DNA of 64,000 bases, taken from contig OZ024740.1 of assembly GCA_964016885.1 (NCBI GenBank), positions 71,486,001-71,550,000 on the forward strand. The letters are read 5' to 3'. The position numbers and the translations under genes are program-made. This document shows, one piece after another, positions 1-11,876 of this stretch (positions are counted from its first letter, which is position 1; every line of letters begins with the position of its first letter). The notes below the pieces were generated by a model. That model did not search any database and had not been told where the DNA came from. It was given only the letters and a program-made list of their open reading frames with translations. This DNA is from Eledone cirrhosa (taxonomy: Eukaryota).

Positions 1-229
1 CCACCATAGTGACTTGAACTCAGCACTGCAAGCTCACCTCACATTTATTATACAGTGCTCCTGCTGTTTACAACAGTAACTCTACCTATTTCCTGACACC
101 AATTTACAGCTAGGTGGACCAGGTAATTGTGAACTGGTATATGAAACCATGAGAGCTGATTATACAACACCCTACCATATAGGTATATATAGATTTTTTT
201 TTTTTAAATGATCGACAAGTTTCCAGACC

Positions 230-430
230 TTCGCTTACCAAATAGGGTGGAACTTGTTGAATCAGACCAAGGAAACAATGTTTCCATTGCTGATACTATC
301 TAATGGTCACAACTGGCAGAAAGAGCAACATGTCTTGTTGAAGGACATAGGGCATCACCATGTCTGGGAATTTAACTTGCAACCTCACAATTGCAAATCC
401 AATTCTCTAACCACTAAGCCACGTACCTTC
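230..430 (-). mobile_element. degenerate tRNA-derived SINE
   Basis: Reverse-strand tRNA-head-like end (...ctctaaccactaagccac) and SINE-body-like tcttgttgaaggaca; recognised by eye only. Confidence 0.4.
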
Positions 431-659
431 ACTATATATCTTATATACAAAATAACTAGGGTTATGATGAGATATATTTAAATAGTCCATCTGCATGATT
501 CCTCTTCCAATGCTTCCTCTTCCATGGTAGTAAACCCCACCAGCTTCTATAAATGCTTTCCCACTGCTGGTGCCACGATAAAAAAGCACCCAGTGGTATT
601 ACAGGTGCCACAATAAAAGCACTTAATTTGCAATATAAAGTGATAATGCTGGTGCCACG

Positions 660-1370
660 ATAAACACATTCAGTCCACGACCTCCTTGCAGTGGGGGGTG
701 TGGGGGCATATTGTCTATACGCTTCAGCTTGTACCCATGGGAGGTCGGGTACTCTGTATTACTGCGTGATGCCAGAGGTCACGGTCGTGTGTCATCGCTT
801 TTGCAGCTAGCAGTGGTAGTAGTTGTAATTGGGTAAGGTCGGCTTTTATCACCTCATCCCAGGTCATCTTGGGTCTCCCCACTCCGCGGTTTCCATCGAT
901 TTCTAGTGCTCTGCACCTTTTTATGCAGCTGTCATCCTTCATACGCATCACATGTCCATACCAATGCAACCGCCTCTCCTGCACACAGCATTTGATTCCT
1001 CTTATGCTCAGTCTCTATCTCAATTCATTTATGCTTTGTCGTTCGCGTATATTACTATTACACATCCATCGGAGCATGCAGGCTTCGTTTCTCTCTAATC
1101 TACATAAGTCTTCCACCTTCAGCGCCCATGTCTCACTACCATGTAACATTGCTGTTCGGATACACGCATCATGCAGTCTGCCTTTCATTCTGAGGGAGAA
1201 GCCTTTTGCAGCTAGCAGTGGTAGTAGTTCCCTAAATTTCTTCCATCCCGTTCTTACCCTAGTTATTGTACTTTCTGAACACCCACCTCCGCTGCTAATT
1301 CGGTCACCTAGGTAGCAGAAGCTGTCTACTGTTTCTACAGAGCCCTCCCAGAGATTGGTGGTACTTGTTT
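660..1370 (-). mobile_element. RTE-clade LINE, 3' fragment
   Basis: Translation QERRLHWYGHVMRM...GRPKMTWDEVIKADL; closely matches 59830-60500 in the opposite orientation. Confidence 0.9.
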
Positions 1371-1669
1371 GAAAATAGATGTTAAATGGTGATGATGATG
1401 ATTTGAATGTTAGAGCATTTATGATTGCAAAAGTGACAAAGCAGTGTTAGATAACAGGCGTAATAAAAACTAGAGAATTTAGTTTCTCACTAAATAATAT
1501 ACATATGATAATATCCATATTACCGGTATCAGGTGATGTCCATCACTTCGATACCAGTAACTGATGTGGGTTGGTTGTTTTGCTAGGAGTGTTAGGGATG
1601 TATTTGATTTTTGCTTTGTTTTGATGTAGATTTGTTTACATTAAAGCAGTTGATGATCTCAGTTACATA

Positions 1670-1825
1670 TATGATGGGCTTTCACATAGTTTCCGTCCAT
1701 GAAATTCCACTCAAGGTATTTGTCAACACAAGTCTATGATAAAAGCCCAAGGAAACGCAGTGAGATCTAACTCGGAACCATGAGGTTACAAAGCAAACTT
1801 CTTAATGACACACTCATGCTTGTGC
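1670..1825 (-). mobile_element. degenerate SINE
   Basis: gcccaagg...gcagtgagatctaactcggaaccatg resembles a reverse-strand B-box SINE head. Confidence 0.35.
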
Positions 1826-1970
1826 TCATATTTCATTTAATATTAACCAAAACATTAGCAGGAAAATTTTCATTACATCATTCATTATTTGAATAAATTT
1901 ATGCATTTCAGATTCAGAAATAAATTGTTATACATCTATTTTGTGAATGTCTTTTGCTTTTCATATAGCC

Positions 1971-2171
1971 CAGGCATGTCAAACATGCGGGCTGCATGTG
2001 GCCCTTTACAAGCACACCTGCGGCCTGCATAAAGGTTTTTAAAGTGCAATCATGTTTTATCTTCGTAATATAAAATGAAAAAAATTAATTGTATTATGCG
2101 CAATTAGTTGTCTCCCTCAGACAACACGTGACCCATGTGGCCCTCGGGAGACCCTCAGTTTCACATGCCTG
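1971..2171. mobile_element. hAT-type MITE
   Basis: TIRs caggcatgtcaaac / gtttcacatgcctg; perfect 8-bp TSD atatagcc (1963-1970, 2172-2179). Confidence 0.9.
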
Positions 2172-2189
2172 ATATAGCCCATAACTTCC

Positions 2190-3360
2190 TACAAAATGGA
2201 GCAACCTCACCCAGGCCAAATTTGCCATTCCTCACACCCTCTGAAATTGCAATGACATCGTCATCAAACTGGCAGACAAGGGTGGTCCAATGGTAGTCTG
2301 GCGTGCTCACCTCTACATGACAAAGGCCTTACGATAGCTTCACCACCCTCTCTTCTAAGTCCCCTCCCCTCCGACCCCACCCCTCAATACCAGCAAAAAG
2401 TATCCTCTACTATCCGACACCTCGTCACCTCCTTCCTCCTACCTAACTCTGCCACCAACTTCATTGTCCGCACACCATGCACCCCCACAGCATCTATTTC
2501 CTCCCCCAAATCCACAAACCCGATACCCCTGGCCACCCCATTGTCTCCGCCTACAACTGTTTTCCACTGAACTCATCTCGCCATCTCGATTTCATTCTCA
2601 CACCCCTAATAACTGCCCTTCCCTCCCACATTTCCGATACCAACCACGCTTTCCACCTCTTTGACTCCTTTACGTTGCCACGTACCCCCCTCTTCACTCT
2701 AGATATCAAATCCTTTTATACTGTCATCCTCCACACCGATGGCCTACATGCCTTTCAACACTTCCTCGACCTTCGCCCTCCTCTCTACCCTCCATCTCCA
2801 CCCTCATCCACCTCGCCGAGCTGGTCCTCATCTTCAATTGCTTTTCACTCTCGGGTGAGTTCTATCAACAGGTTACCAGGATAGCCATGGGCACAAGAAT
2901 GTGTTCAGCTATGTTGAGGCTCAAATCCAAATCTTTTCCCAATACCCCAGCCCATCTCTGAGCTATACGGCCATTACATTGACGACTGTATCAGCGGCAC
3001 CTCACTCACCCGAGAACAGCTCGACCTCATTTCTCTCTTTCCTCTGCTCCTTCCACCCCACCCTCGACTTCACCACCTCCATTCACTTCCTGGACACCTC
3101 CATCTCCATCGATCCCTCACATCGCTCACTCATCACCTCTGCTTTATTTAAACCCACTGACTCCCACTCCTACCTCAATTTCACCTCCTCCCAACCCACC
3201 CACACTAAACTCTCCATCCCTAATCCCAATTTCTCCAATTCCGTCACCTATGCAGCCGAACCGAGTACTTTGAGGCTCAGGCCCTTTATTTGGCTGGCCA
3301 CATCACCCGGAGAGGTTACCCTCTTCCATTGTCCATACCACTCTCACCCGCACCTTTAAG
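2190..3360 (+). mobile_element. Penelope-like element reverse transcriptase, degenerate
   Basis: Motifs IKLADKGG, YFLPQIHKPDTPGHPIVS, LFTLDIKSFYT, IAMGT, KPTDSHSYL across frameshifts. Confidence 0.85.
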
Positions 3361-3420
3361 CGTGAATCTAATATAACAGTGTAAAATTGCTTCCTGTTTT
3401 GTTTGTTTCATTTATTAACT

Positions 3421-3520
3421 ACTAAACCATCCGTAACCCAACAGGTCACGGTCACTTCAAATTATCTTTTTAAAATCATGTTCACTTTAAAATAATTTTT
3501 AAATAATTAAAATATACACA
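3421..3520 (-). mobile_element. Helitron-like 3' end, degenerate
   Basis: Homologous to 57875-57970, which has a hairpin plus CTAG terminus on the minus strand. Confidence 0.5.
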
Positions 3521-3554
3521 GACATGTATATAATGTGAAATGAAACTGGAAGGC

Positions 3555-3597
3555 CCATATATATACATGTGTGTATGTATATATATAAATGTATGTA

Positions 3598-3648
<51 letters not shown>
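3555..3648. repeat. (TA)n/(TG)n microsatellite
   Basis: Direct reading. Confidence 0.95.
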
Positions 3649-3652
<4 letters not shown>

Positions 3653-3740
3653 GTAGAATTTCTATTTAAATTGTTGGGATACAACAAGCAAATATTTTTT
3701 ATAACTGATATAAAGCACTCAACAAATTATTGGAGTAAAA

Positions 3741-3955
3741 ATACGATATATTAACAAATGGAAACTATATTTATAAAACCATATTTATTTCATTATACAT
3801 ATTTCAAGGACACCAAGTTAAATTATGGTGTGCTTTCATCAGATAAAATATTTATATTATATTTTATCTGATGAAAGCACATCATAATTTAACTTGGTGT
3901 CCTTGAAATATGTATAATGAAATAAATATAGTTTCCATTTGTTAATATATCGTAT
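3741..3955. repeat. long near-perfect palindrome
   Basis: Arms of about 100 bp (3741-3850 vs 3859-3955) are reverse complements around a short AT loop. Confidence 0.92.
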
Positions 3956-3970
3956 ATATATATATATATA

Positions 3971-4470
3971 TATGAGGGCAATCCCAAAAGTAAGGTCTCC
4001 AAAGCGATGGGGACACAGAGAAACTGTTCGTACAGCTGTTGGCAACACTGTTGTGATTGGTGCTTCCTTCACTTCCAAACAAGCATCGGCGCGCTTCACT
4101 GGGATACTCAATCTTGGCTTGGCAGCCGTTGAGAATGGAGCCCCCGTTGAACGCTACCGCCAGGTGCGAAGTTCGCGCAGTTATTCGGTCTTTGAACGCA
4201 AAAGGCGTTGAACCGATTGAAATTCATCCCCAATTGATGGAAGTGTATGGACAGTCATGCATGGATGTCAAAAACGTTCGCAAGTGGTGTAGAGAGTTTA
4301 CAGCCGGTCGCACTGAAATTCACGATGAACAAAGGAGAGGGAGACCGTCAATTTCCGACGAGACAGTCGCAAAGGTTGAGGAAAACATGCGTAAAGATCG
4401 GCGGATCACTCTGGATGCTCTCTGCATTTTGGTTCCTGAGGTTTGCCGAAGCACCATCCACAGAAATTTT
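3971..4470 (+). mobile_element. mariner transposon, 5' fragment (TIR plus N-terminal HTH)
   Basis: TA-flanked tatgagggcaatcccaaaagtaagg end; EVRAVIR...EIHPQLMEVYG...VRKWCREF...DEQRRGRPS. Confidence 0.88.
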
Positions 4471-4519
4471 AATGGAAAAATTAATAATTTCCATTTTAGT
4501 AAAACAATTTATTCTTGAA

Positions 4520-5430
4520 GAATTTAACAATGAATTAATTTCAATCAATAGAATATTCGCCATTATTTTGAATCACATCTTGCCATTTATCAGATAGCTT
4601 GTTGATTCCTCTTAAGTAGAATTCAGCTGGTTTTGAGCTCAAGAAGTTTTCCTCAAATGTTTTCACCTGATCTTCTTGAGAACATTTTTTATATTCAGAG
4701 CATTTTGTAGAGAATGAAAGTGATGGAAATCACTTGGTGTAAGGTCTGGTGATTATGGTGGATGGGGTAGAAGAGATCAGCCTAAATCCAGTATTTTTTC
4801 CTGTGTGATTCTTGTTGAATTCTTTGCGTTATCATGGAGAAGCACAACATTTCTCCTGTTGACAAGTGCGGGGTGTTTTCTTAGAAGATTTCCATGCAGC
4901 TGTTGAGAGTATAAGTCTGCATTGAGTGTCTGATTGTGGTTTAAGAATGAATAATACCATGGTGATTCCACCATATACACAGCATAACTTTTCTTCCATG
5001 AAGCTCTGTCTTTGGGGTAGGCTGCAGAGATTTATCCTTGTCAGTCCACTGCCTTGTGTTGTACATTGTCGTAAAGGCACATTTTTCATCACCTGTAATA
5101 ATATTCTTGAGAAATGGGTCATTTCACTGCCTTGAAAGAAGACTTGTCGCTTTGAATATGCGATCTTCCTTATTATTCTCACTAAGTGTATGAGAAACCA
5201 AAACGCCCAGCTTGCTTACTTTTACTATCTTTTCCAAGTGCCGGCAGGTTGTGGATTGGGATGTGTTGAGGTCAAGTGCTAATTCTCAAGTACTTTTGCG
5301 CAGATTTCATTCCATCAATTCTCTTAAAGCATCTTGATTGAGGTCAGATGAATGTCCTGGTCTGGGTTCAGCTCTCAATGATGTATCCCCCGAACGAAAC
5401 TTTGAAAACCAGTTTCGGACTTGGTGGTCA
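4520..5430 (-). mobile_element. second mariner transposase, degenerate
   Basis: NHNQTLNADLYSQQL...RRNVVLLHDNA and a downstream P..PDL.PSDFHHF-like motif. Confidence 0.82.
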
Positions 5431-5434
5431 AGAT

Positions 5435-5763
5435 ACACAGGAAAATATGGAGCTGAAGCACCTTTCTATTAAATATAGGTTTAGAAAGGCCTTACAGGAT
5501 GCAATGGATGAAAGGGGAGACAAGTTACATTCATACAACATAGAAGACAATTGGAAATTTTTACATGTCAACTTATTGTGAACTACTGATGAAATTTATG
5601 GCTGGAGTAAAGCACCAGCCAGACAGAGGGTGACCTGGTGGTGGAACAGTACAGTGAGTAGAGCCATTAAAGCCAAGAGACTGACATGGAAAGACTGGAC
5701 AAATGGGGGTAGCAGATGCCTAACCAGGTAGCTAAGAAAGAAGCTAGATGACAGGTATACATA
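5435..5763 (+). mobile_element. RTE LINE fragment, left part, split by the Gypsy insertion
   Basis: EDNWKFL...RVTWWWN; sequence resumes at 18000 across the TSD cata. Confidence 0.85.
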
Positions 5764-6372
5764 TATAACGGCGGCGAAGATTCAAAACCGAATCTGAGCT
5801 CTCCCGCCTCTGGGGCAAGCCGTGGTAAGTTGTTTACGCTCAAGAGACTAACCCCTTGGGAGAGGCTAAACACAGGTCAGAGGTGTTTATGCCTGACAGA
5901 AAATAGGTCAGAGGATATATCCATCTTTCTGACTTGTTTACGCTTGGCAAACTAATCCCTTGGGAGACTCTAACCAAAGTTCAGAGGATATATCTATCCT
6001 TCTAGCTTTAACTCTTATAAATACAGGGGTTGTTTACGCCCCGACAGAAAAGGACAAGACAAGTCGCATTTACAAGCTCTCACGAAAAACCAGTCTGTCA
6101 CTTATTCTCACCTTCCTGGCTGATCGCTGACTCCTACTACTAAAACAAGCAAATATACTGATACGCACACGCATTCATAGTGAGTTCACACTGTTTGTAT
6201 TTTCACACACACCATTTCTGTTTATACATATTGTATCTTTCGGATACAGTACAAATTATATTATAACCATATTCTGTGATACTTGTATTTAAGTGGCTCG
6301 AGAGCCTCCAAATTATTGTACGAATATTTCGTGTTATCGATTTTATCATTCAATATTCAAATTGAATATTGT

Positions 6373-9300
6373 TATAGCGGAATGCTAGCGCGTATGAATG
6401 TAACAAGGAGACATGGTTTGTGTGTATAATATTTAATCAACAATTTAACAGTATAGTTGACATGTCAATGAATAAACGAAAGAATGAAGCAAAGTTAGTA
6501 GTTACCGTTTTGATTGCCAGGCAAACGCGGCTGGCAGAAGACGCCTGGCGAAGGCCAGGCGCCGGAAGGGCAAATGAGAGGGTAAGAACTTAAAGTTGTT
6601 AGTTTTATAGGGTTCTGACCGGAAGTTACAGAAAGGGTTCTACTTCCTGTCTAGATGGTGTTAATCTATTGGGGTTGTGAGTGTCACAACCAGGGAGACA
6701 ACGCCTGCTACATAACCTCCCGCCAGAATTTTAGAATATAAAAATCGAATGAAATATGTATGCAGCAGGTTGGCGAGAATGTTGTAACAGGCATGAAAAT
6801 TACGACAAAAAAAATAATGTTTGCAAAAATCAATGATAGATATCAAGGTAGCCAACCGCTCTTGGCCAGAGAACGACTGGACATCTATCTATCCATCACC
6901 CAAAGATACAATGTAATAAAGTAAGAGAAGAGCTCAAAGTTCAAATGTACAAAATATAGTTCACAGGTGTGCAATCACATGACAGCAGGAAAGAAAGTGT
7001 GTTCCAGAGAATGAATGCAGGTGGTTTCTGTTCTGTGGTATATCGTGAAATTTCCAACCTCCGAATGGATTTTCTCACAGGAAGAGTGCTGCAAAAATAA
7101 ATTCTCTGGCTTGTTCTGCTGGTTTTGGTTGTTGGTGAAGCTGTGTTGCTGTTGATGTCTCGCGGAGTGAGCGTATTCGGTGTTTAAATTCACAGTAAAA
7201 AAAAAAATTTTTTTTTCAGAAAAAATGAGTTGCGCAAAGTGTTAGAAATAACAGCCGAAGTTGATGGTCGATGTTGAGAATGCGTTGACCTGGAAGAGTC
7301 AAGAGGTCAGCGACCAAAGAAATAAGCATTCTGAATAAACGCGCAGTTTTCAACGGCAAATTTACGTGGTAAATTTTTAAACCGGCAAATAGGAGAATAT
7401 AGCTTAAGGCTGAAGAATCCTTGGCGAGAAACGTTATCTCTGGCGTGCGGCTATCTCTGTGAGTCAAGATATCTCCGTGAGTTGAGAATTTGTGCTGCCT
7501 ACACGTGCCAATACAAGGTTAAGTTAGGTTGAAAAAATAATATTTCTAACGCGCGAGAAAATGATAGTGCAAGTGTGAAAGTGACAATGATGAAAAAGAA
7601 AGGCTTCACTTAGCATAATTATTGGTGTGAACTTTTGAAAAAAAAACTTGAACGATGAAGAAAACGATGAAAAAAAAAGGCAATGGTTCATCGAAAATAA
7701 ATGTTCCTGTTGAAATGTTTTTAAAAAAAAAAATATCAAATTTCTTTTTTTTTTTGTTTTGAAAGTGTTCGTTGTAAGAAACGAGAAACATATATATATA
7801 TATCGTGGAATGCGACAGTTAGTTGATGCGTGAGAGAAAAAGTCTGTCTGAACGCGAATTTCACATGTGCGTGGTGTGTTCGTTTCTTGGAGAAACACAT
7901 ATATATATACAGCAAACTGCGACAGTTAGTGGATGCGTGAGGGAAAAAGAGTGTCTGCACGAAAGTTTCACATGTGCGTGTGTGCGTTTCTTTGACTGAG
8001 TATGTTCATAGTTTGTCAATAAATTTGCTGTGTATTCGTAATGTTACTCACACAACACCAGATTCTGCTATTTTTTCTTTTTTCGGGGTGACCACTTATA
8101 ACAATGAACGGCTGCGTGTTCGTATCACGTCAGGGTCAGGTCACCAATATATCGGGATACTGGGTTGTATGAATGTGTAGCGGTTGTCTCCCTTGTTTTG
8201 ATTGGGATCTAGACGGGAAGTGGAACCCTTTCTGCAACTTCCGGTCAGAGCCCTATAGAACTAACAACTTTAAGCTTCCTTTCTCTCTTTGCCTTTTCGG
8301 CACCAGGTCGAAGAGCCTCTCATTTGGCTCTGCCATTAATTTGGCCAACAGGCGCCTGGCCTTAGCCAGGCGCCCTCTGCCAGCCGCGTTTCCCTGGCAA
8401 TCAAAACGGTAACTACTAACTTTGTTTCATTCTAACATCTATCTTTGACATGTCAAGTATTCTATCTACCGTTAATTAAATATTATATACACAAACATTG
8501 TCTCGTTTTGTTACATTCATACAACCCAGTATCCTCGCTATATTGGTAACCCTGACGTGATACGAACACGCAGCCGTTCATCGCTATAAGGGTCACCCCC
8601 AAAAAAAGAAAAAAATAGCACATCTGGTTTTGTGAGTAACATTACGAATACACAGCAAATTTAGCGACAAACTATGAAAATACTCAAGGACACGCACACA
8701 CGCACATGTGGAATTCGCACAGACATACTTTTTCTCTCACGCATCAATTAACTGTCGCATTTCACCAATATATATATATATGTTTCTCGTTTCTTACAAC
8801 GAACACTTTCAAAACAAAAAAAAAAATTTCACGATATATATATATGTTTTTCGTTTCTTACAACGAACTCTTTCAAAACACACAAAAAAAAAGGGGGAAA
8901 TTTGATATTTAAAAAACATTTCAACAGGAACATTTATTTTCGATGAACCATTGCCTTTTGTTCTTCGTTTTCTTCATCGTTCAAGTTTTTTTTTTTTTTT
9001 TTTTTTCAAAAAGTTCACACCTATAATTATGCTGATTGAAGCCTTTCTTTTTCATCATTGTCACTTTCAAAATTGCACTATCATTTTCTCGCGCGTTAGA
9101 AATATTTTTTTTTCAACCTTGTATTGGCACGTGTAGGCAGCATAAATTCTCGATTCACTGAGATGTCTCTACTCACAGACAGCCGCACGCCATTTATCAC
9201 CAGGGATTCTTCAGCCTTAAGCTATATTCTTCTATTTGCCGGTTTATAAATTTACAATGTAAATTTACCGTTGATAACCGCGCATTTATTAAGAATGCTT

Positions 9301-10596
9301 ATTTCTCTGGTCGCTGGCCTCTTGACCCTTCCAGGTCAACGCATTCTCAACATCGACCATCAACTTCGGCTGCTATTTCTAGCACTTTGCGCAACTCATT
9401 TTTTCTAAAAAAAAAATTTTTTACTGTGAATTTAAACACCGAATACGCTCACTCAGCGAGACAACAGCAGCAGCAACAGCAATATAACAGCAACAGCAAT
9501 ACATCAACACAGCTTCACCAAAGCCAGAGAATTTATTTTTGCAGCACTCTTCCTGTGAGAAAATCCATTCGGAGGTTGGAAATTTCACGATATACCACAG
9601 AACAGAAACCACCTGCATTCATTCTCTGGAACACACTTTCTTTCCAGCGGTCATGTGATTGCACACCTGTGAACTATATTTTGAACTTTGAGCTCTTCTA
9701 TTACTTTTACTTTATTACATTGTATCTTTGGGTGATGGATAGATGGATGTCCAGTCGTTCTCTGGCCAAGAGCGGTTGGCTACCTTGATATCTATCATTG
9801 ATTTTTCCAAACATTCTTTTGTCGTAATTTTCATGCCTGTTACAACATTCTCGCCAACTTGCTACATATTTTCATTTCGATTTTTATACACTAAAATTCT
9901 GGCGGGAGGTTATGTAGCGGTTGTCTCCCTTGTTTTGATTGGGATCTAGACGGGAAGTGGAACCCTTTCTGCAACTTCCGGTCAGAGCCCTATAGAACTA
10001 ACAACTTTAAGCTTCCTTTCTCTCTTTGCCTTTTCGGCACCAGGTCGAAGAGCCTCTCATTTGGCTCTGCCATTAATTTGGCCAACAGGCGCCTGGCCTT
10101 AGCCAGGCGCCCTCTGCCAGCCGCGTTTGCCTGGCAATCAAAACGGTAACTACTAACTTTGTTTCATTCTAACATCTATCTTTGACATGTCAAGTATTCT
10201 ATCTACCGTTAATTAAATATTATATACACAAACAATGTCTCGTTTTGTTACATTCATACAACCTCAGTAATCTCGCTATAAATGTAACAGGGAGACATGG
10301 TTTGTGTGTATAATATTTAATCAACAATTTAACAGTATAGTTGACATGTCAATGAATAAACGAAAGAATGAAGCAAAGTTAGTAGTTACCGTTTTGATTG
10401 CCAGGCAAACGCGGCTGGCAGAAGACGCCTGGCAAAGGCCAGGCGCCGGAAGGGCAAATGAGAGGGTGAGAACTTAAAGTTGTTAGTTTTATAGGGTTCT
10501 GACCGGAAGTTACAGAAAGGGTTCTACTTCCTGTCTAGATGGTGTTAATCTATTGGGGTTGTGAGTGTCACAACCAGGGAGACAACTCCAGCTAAA
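6373..10596 (-). mobile_element. non-autonomous LTR element A (non-coding interior)
   Basis: 3' LTR 6373-6712; 5' LTR 8148-8175 plus 10285-10596; TSD ttgt; PPT ggcgggagg next to 6713; tRNA-Trp complement 8105-8146. Confidence 0.92.
8176..10280 (+). mobile_element. non-autonomous LTR element B, inserted in the 5' LTR of A
   Basis: LTRs 8176-8542 and 9912-10280; TSD aatg; PBS from 8544; PPT 9901-9909; interior homologous to A. Confidence 0.94.
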
Positions 10597-10772
10597 TTGT
10601 TATAATAAAATAAACTTTGTAACAACACAATCCTGGTATTATTCTTTACATTGAAAACCATCATACCAACAATTCATTCTCTCCACTTATCGTTACAACT
10701 ACACAAATATTCCGTTACAACCGGTGACCCCGTAAAACAGACACACAACCTTCTGATCATCCACTACAAACG

Positions 10773-11876
10773 ATGTCTCTAGCACACGACGATTCATCTA
10801 CGGCAGAAATGGTAGTCAGGGCGGCATTTACATTAAGAATTCCACCATTCTGGGTGCACGATCCAACACTGTGGTTCGCGCACATCGAAGCGCAGTTCGC
10901 ATCGAACCGGATCGTTACACATGTCATCGGTTCGATGTCTCCGGAGATTATGAATGAGGTTCGAGAACTCATTTTAGCACCACCCGGCTCTGTGTCATAT
11001 GACACATCTAAAACAACATTAGTTAAGCGGACGTCGGAATCGCAGCAGAAGCGCTTGCACCAGCTCCTTATATCGGAGGAATTAGGAGATAAAAAGCCGA
11101 CACAATTCCTAAGGCGAATGAAGCAGCTCCTGGGAGAAAATAAACTCCAGGATGAAATTTTCAAGCAACTCTTCCTCCAGCGTTTGCCTTCTGCCACACA
11201 AGTTGTACTAGCATCCAACAGGGAGTCCACCACCATAGAAGAACTCGCCGAGCTGGCAGATAAGATCATGGAGGTACCACATCCGCACTCAACTTTAGCG
11301 AATGTGACGCCAGCCGTACCTCCCACCAATCCTTTCCTTCAGCCCTCCAGTGCCACAGAGATGCCCAATCTACACCTGTTACTGGCACAGCAAGCAACAC
11401 AGATACAGGCCTTGACGCAACAAATTCAGGCCTTGTCACTGGGCAACCCTGCCACGCGTCGGTCCAACAGTCGAACTCGCCGATTTGATGGTCGCTCAAG
11501 AAGTCCGAGCGCATCTCGGGATTCACCAGAAATGTGTTGGTACCACCAAAGATTCGCGAGACGAGCGCGAAAGTGCAGTCATCCCTGTTCATTTGTCGAA
11601 TCAGGGAAACGACACAGCCAGAAACTGAATGCGACGGACGTTTCTGGCCCTCATAACCAAAGTCGCCTATTTTTCATTCAGGATCGCATCACAGGCACGC
11701 GTTTCCTGGTCGACACCGGTGCTGAAGTCAATATCATCCCCGTTTCCTGCGTTCCTAGAAAAAGGAGAGAGACACCAGCCTGTGAATCACTCACATATTC
11801 CGACCTAAGGAGAACAGTCCCTGACACTAAATTTGGGACTACGCCGCACTTTCCAGTGGGTATTCGTTGTGGCTAA
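10773..11876 (+). pseudogene. gag: Gypsy gag plus aspartic protease
   Basis: IPPFWVHDPTLWFAHIEAQF N-terminus, CWYHQRFARRARKCSHPC (CHCC) knuckle, FLVDTGAE protease; frame breaks after about 11780. Confidence 0.92.

Larger units (their letters stand above)
5764..10719 (+). repeat. Gypsy 5' LTR, split into 5764-6372 and 10597-10719 by element A
   Basis: The two parts join to reproduce the 3' LTR 17284-17999. Confidence 0.93.

Noticed and set aside
1520-1560. Short hairpins (also 50967-51007)
   Set aside because: About 15-19 bp stems with no supporting context; likely TE remnants or local fold-backs
8105-8146. tRNA-Trp gene
   Set aside because: Only the 3' half with encoded CCA, adjacent to an LTR; it is primer-derived sequence
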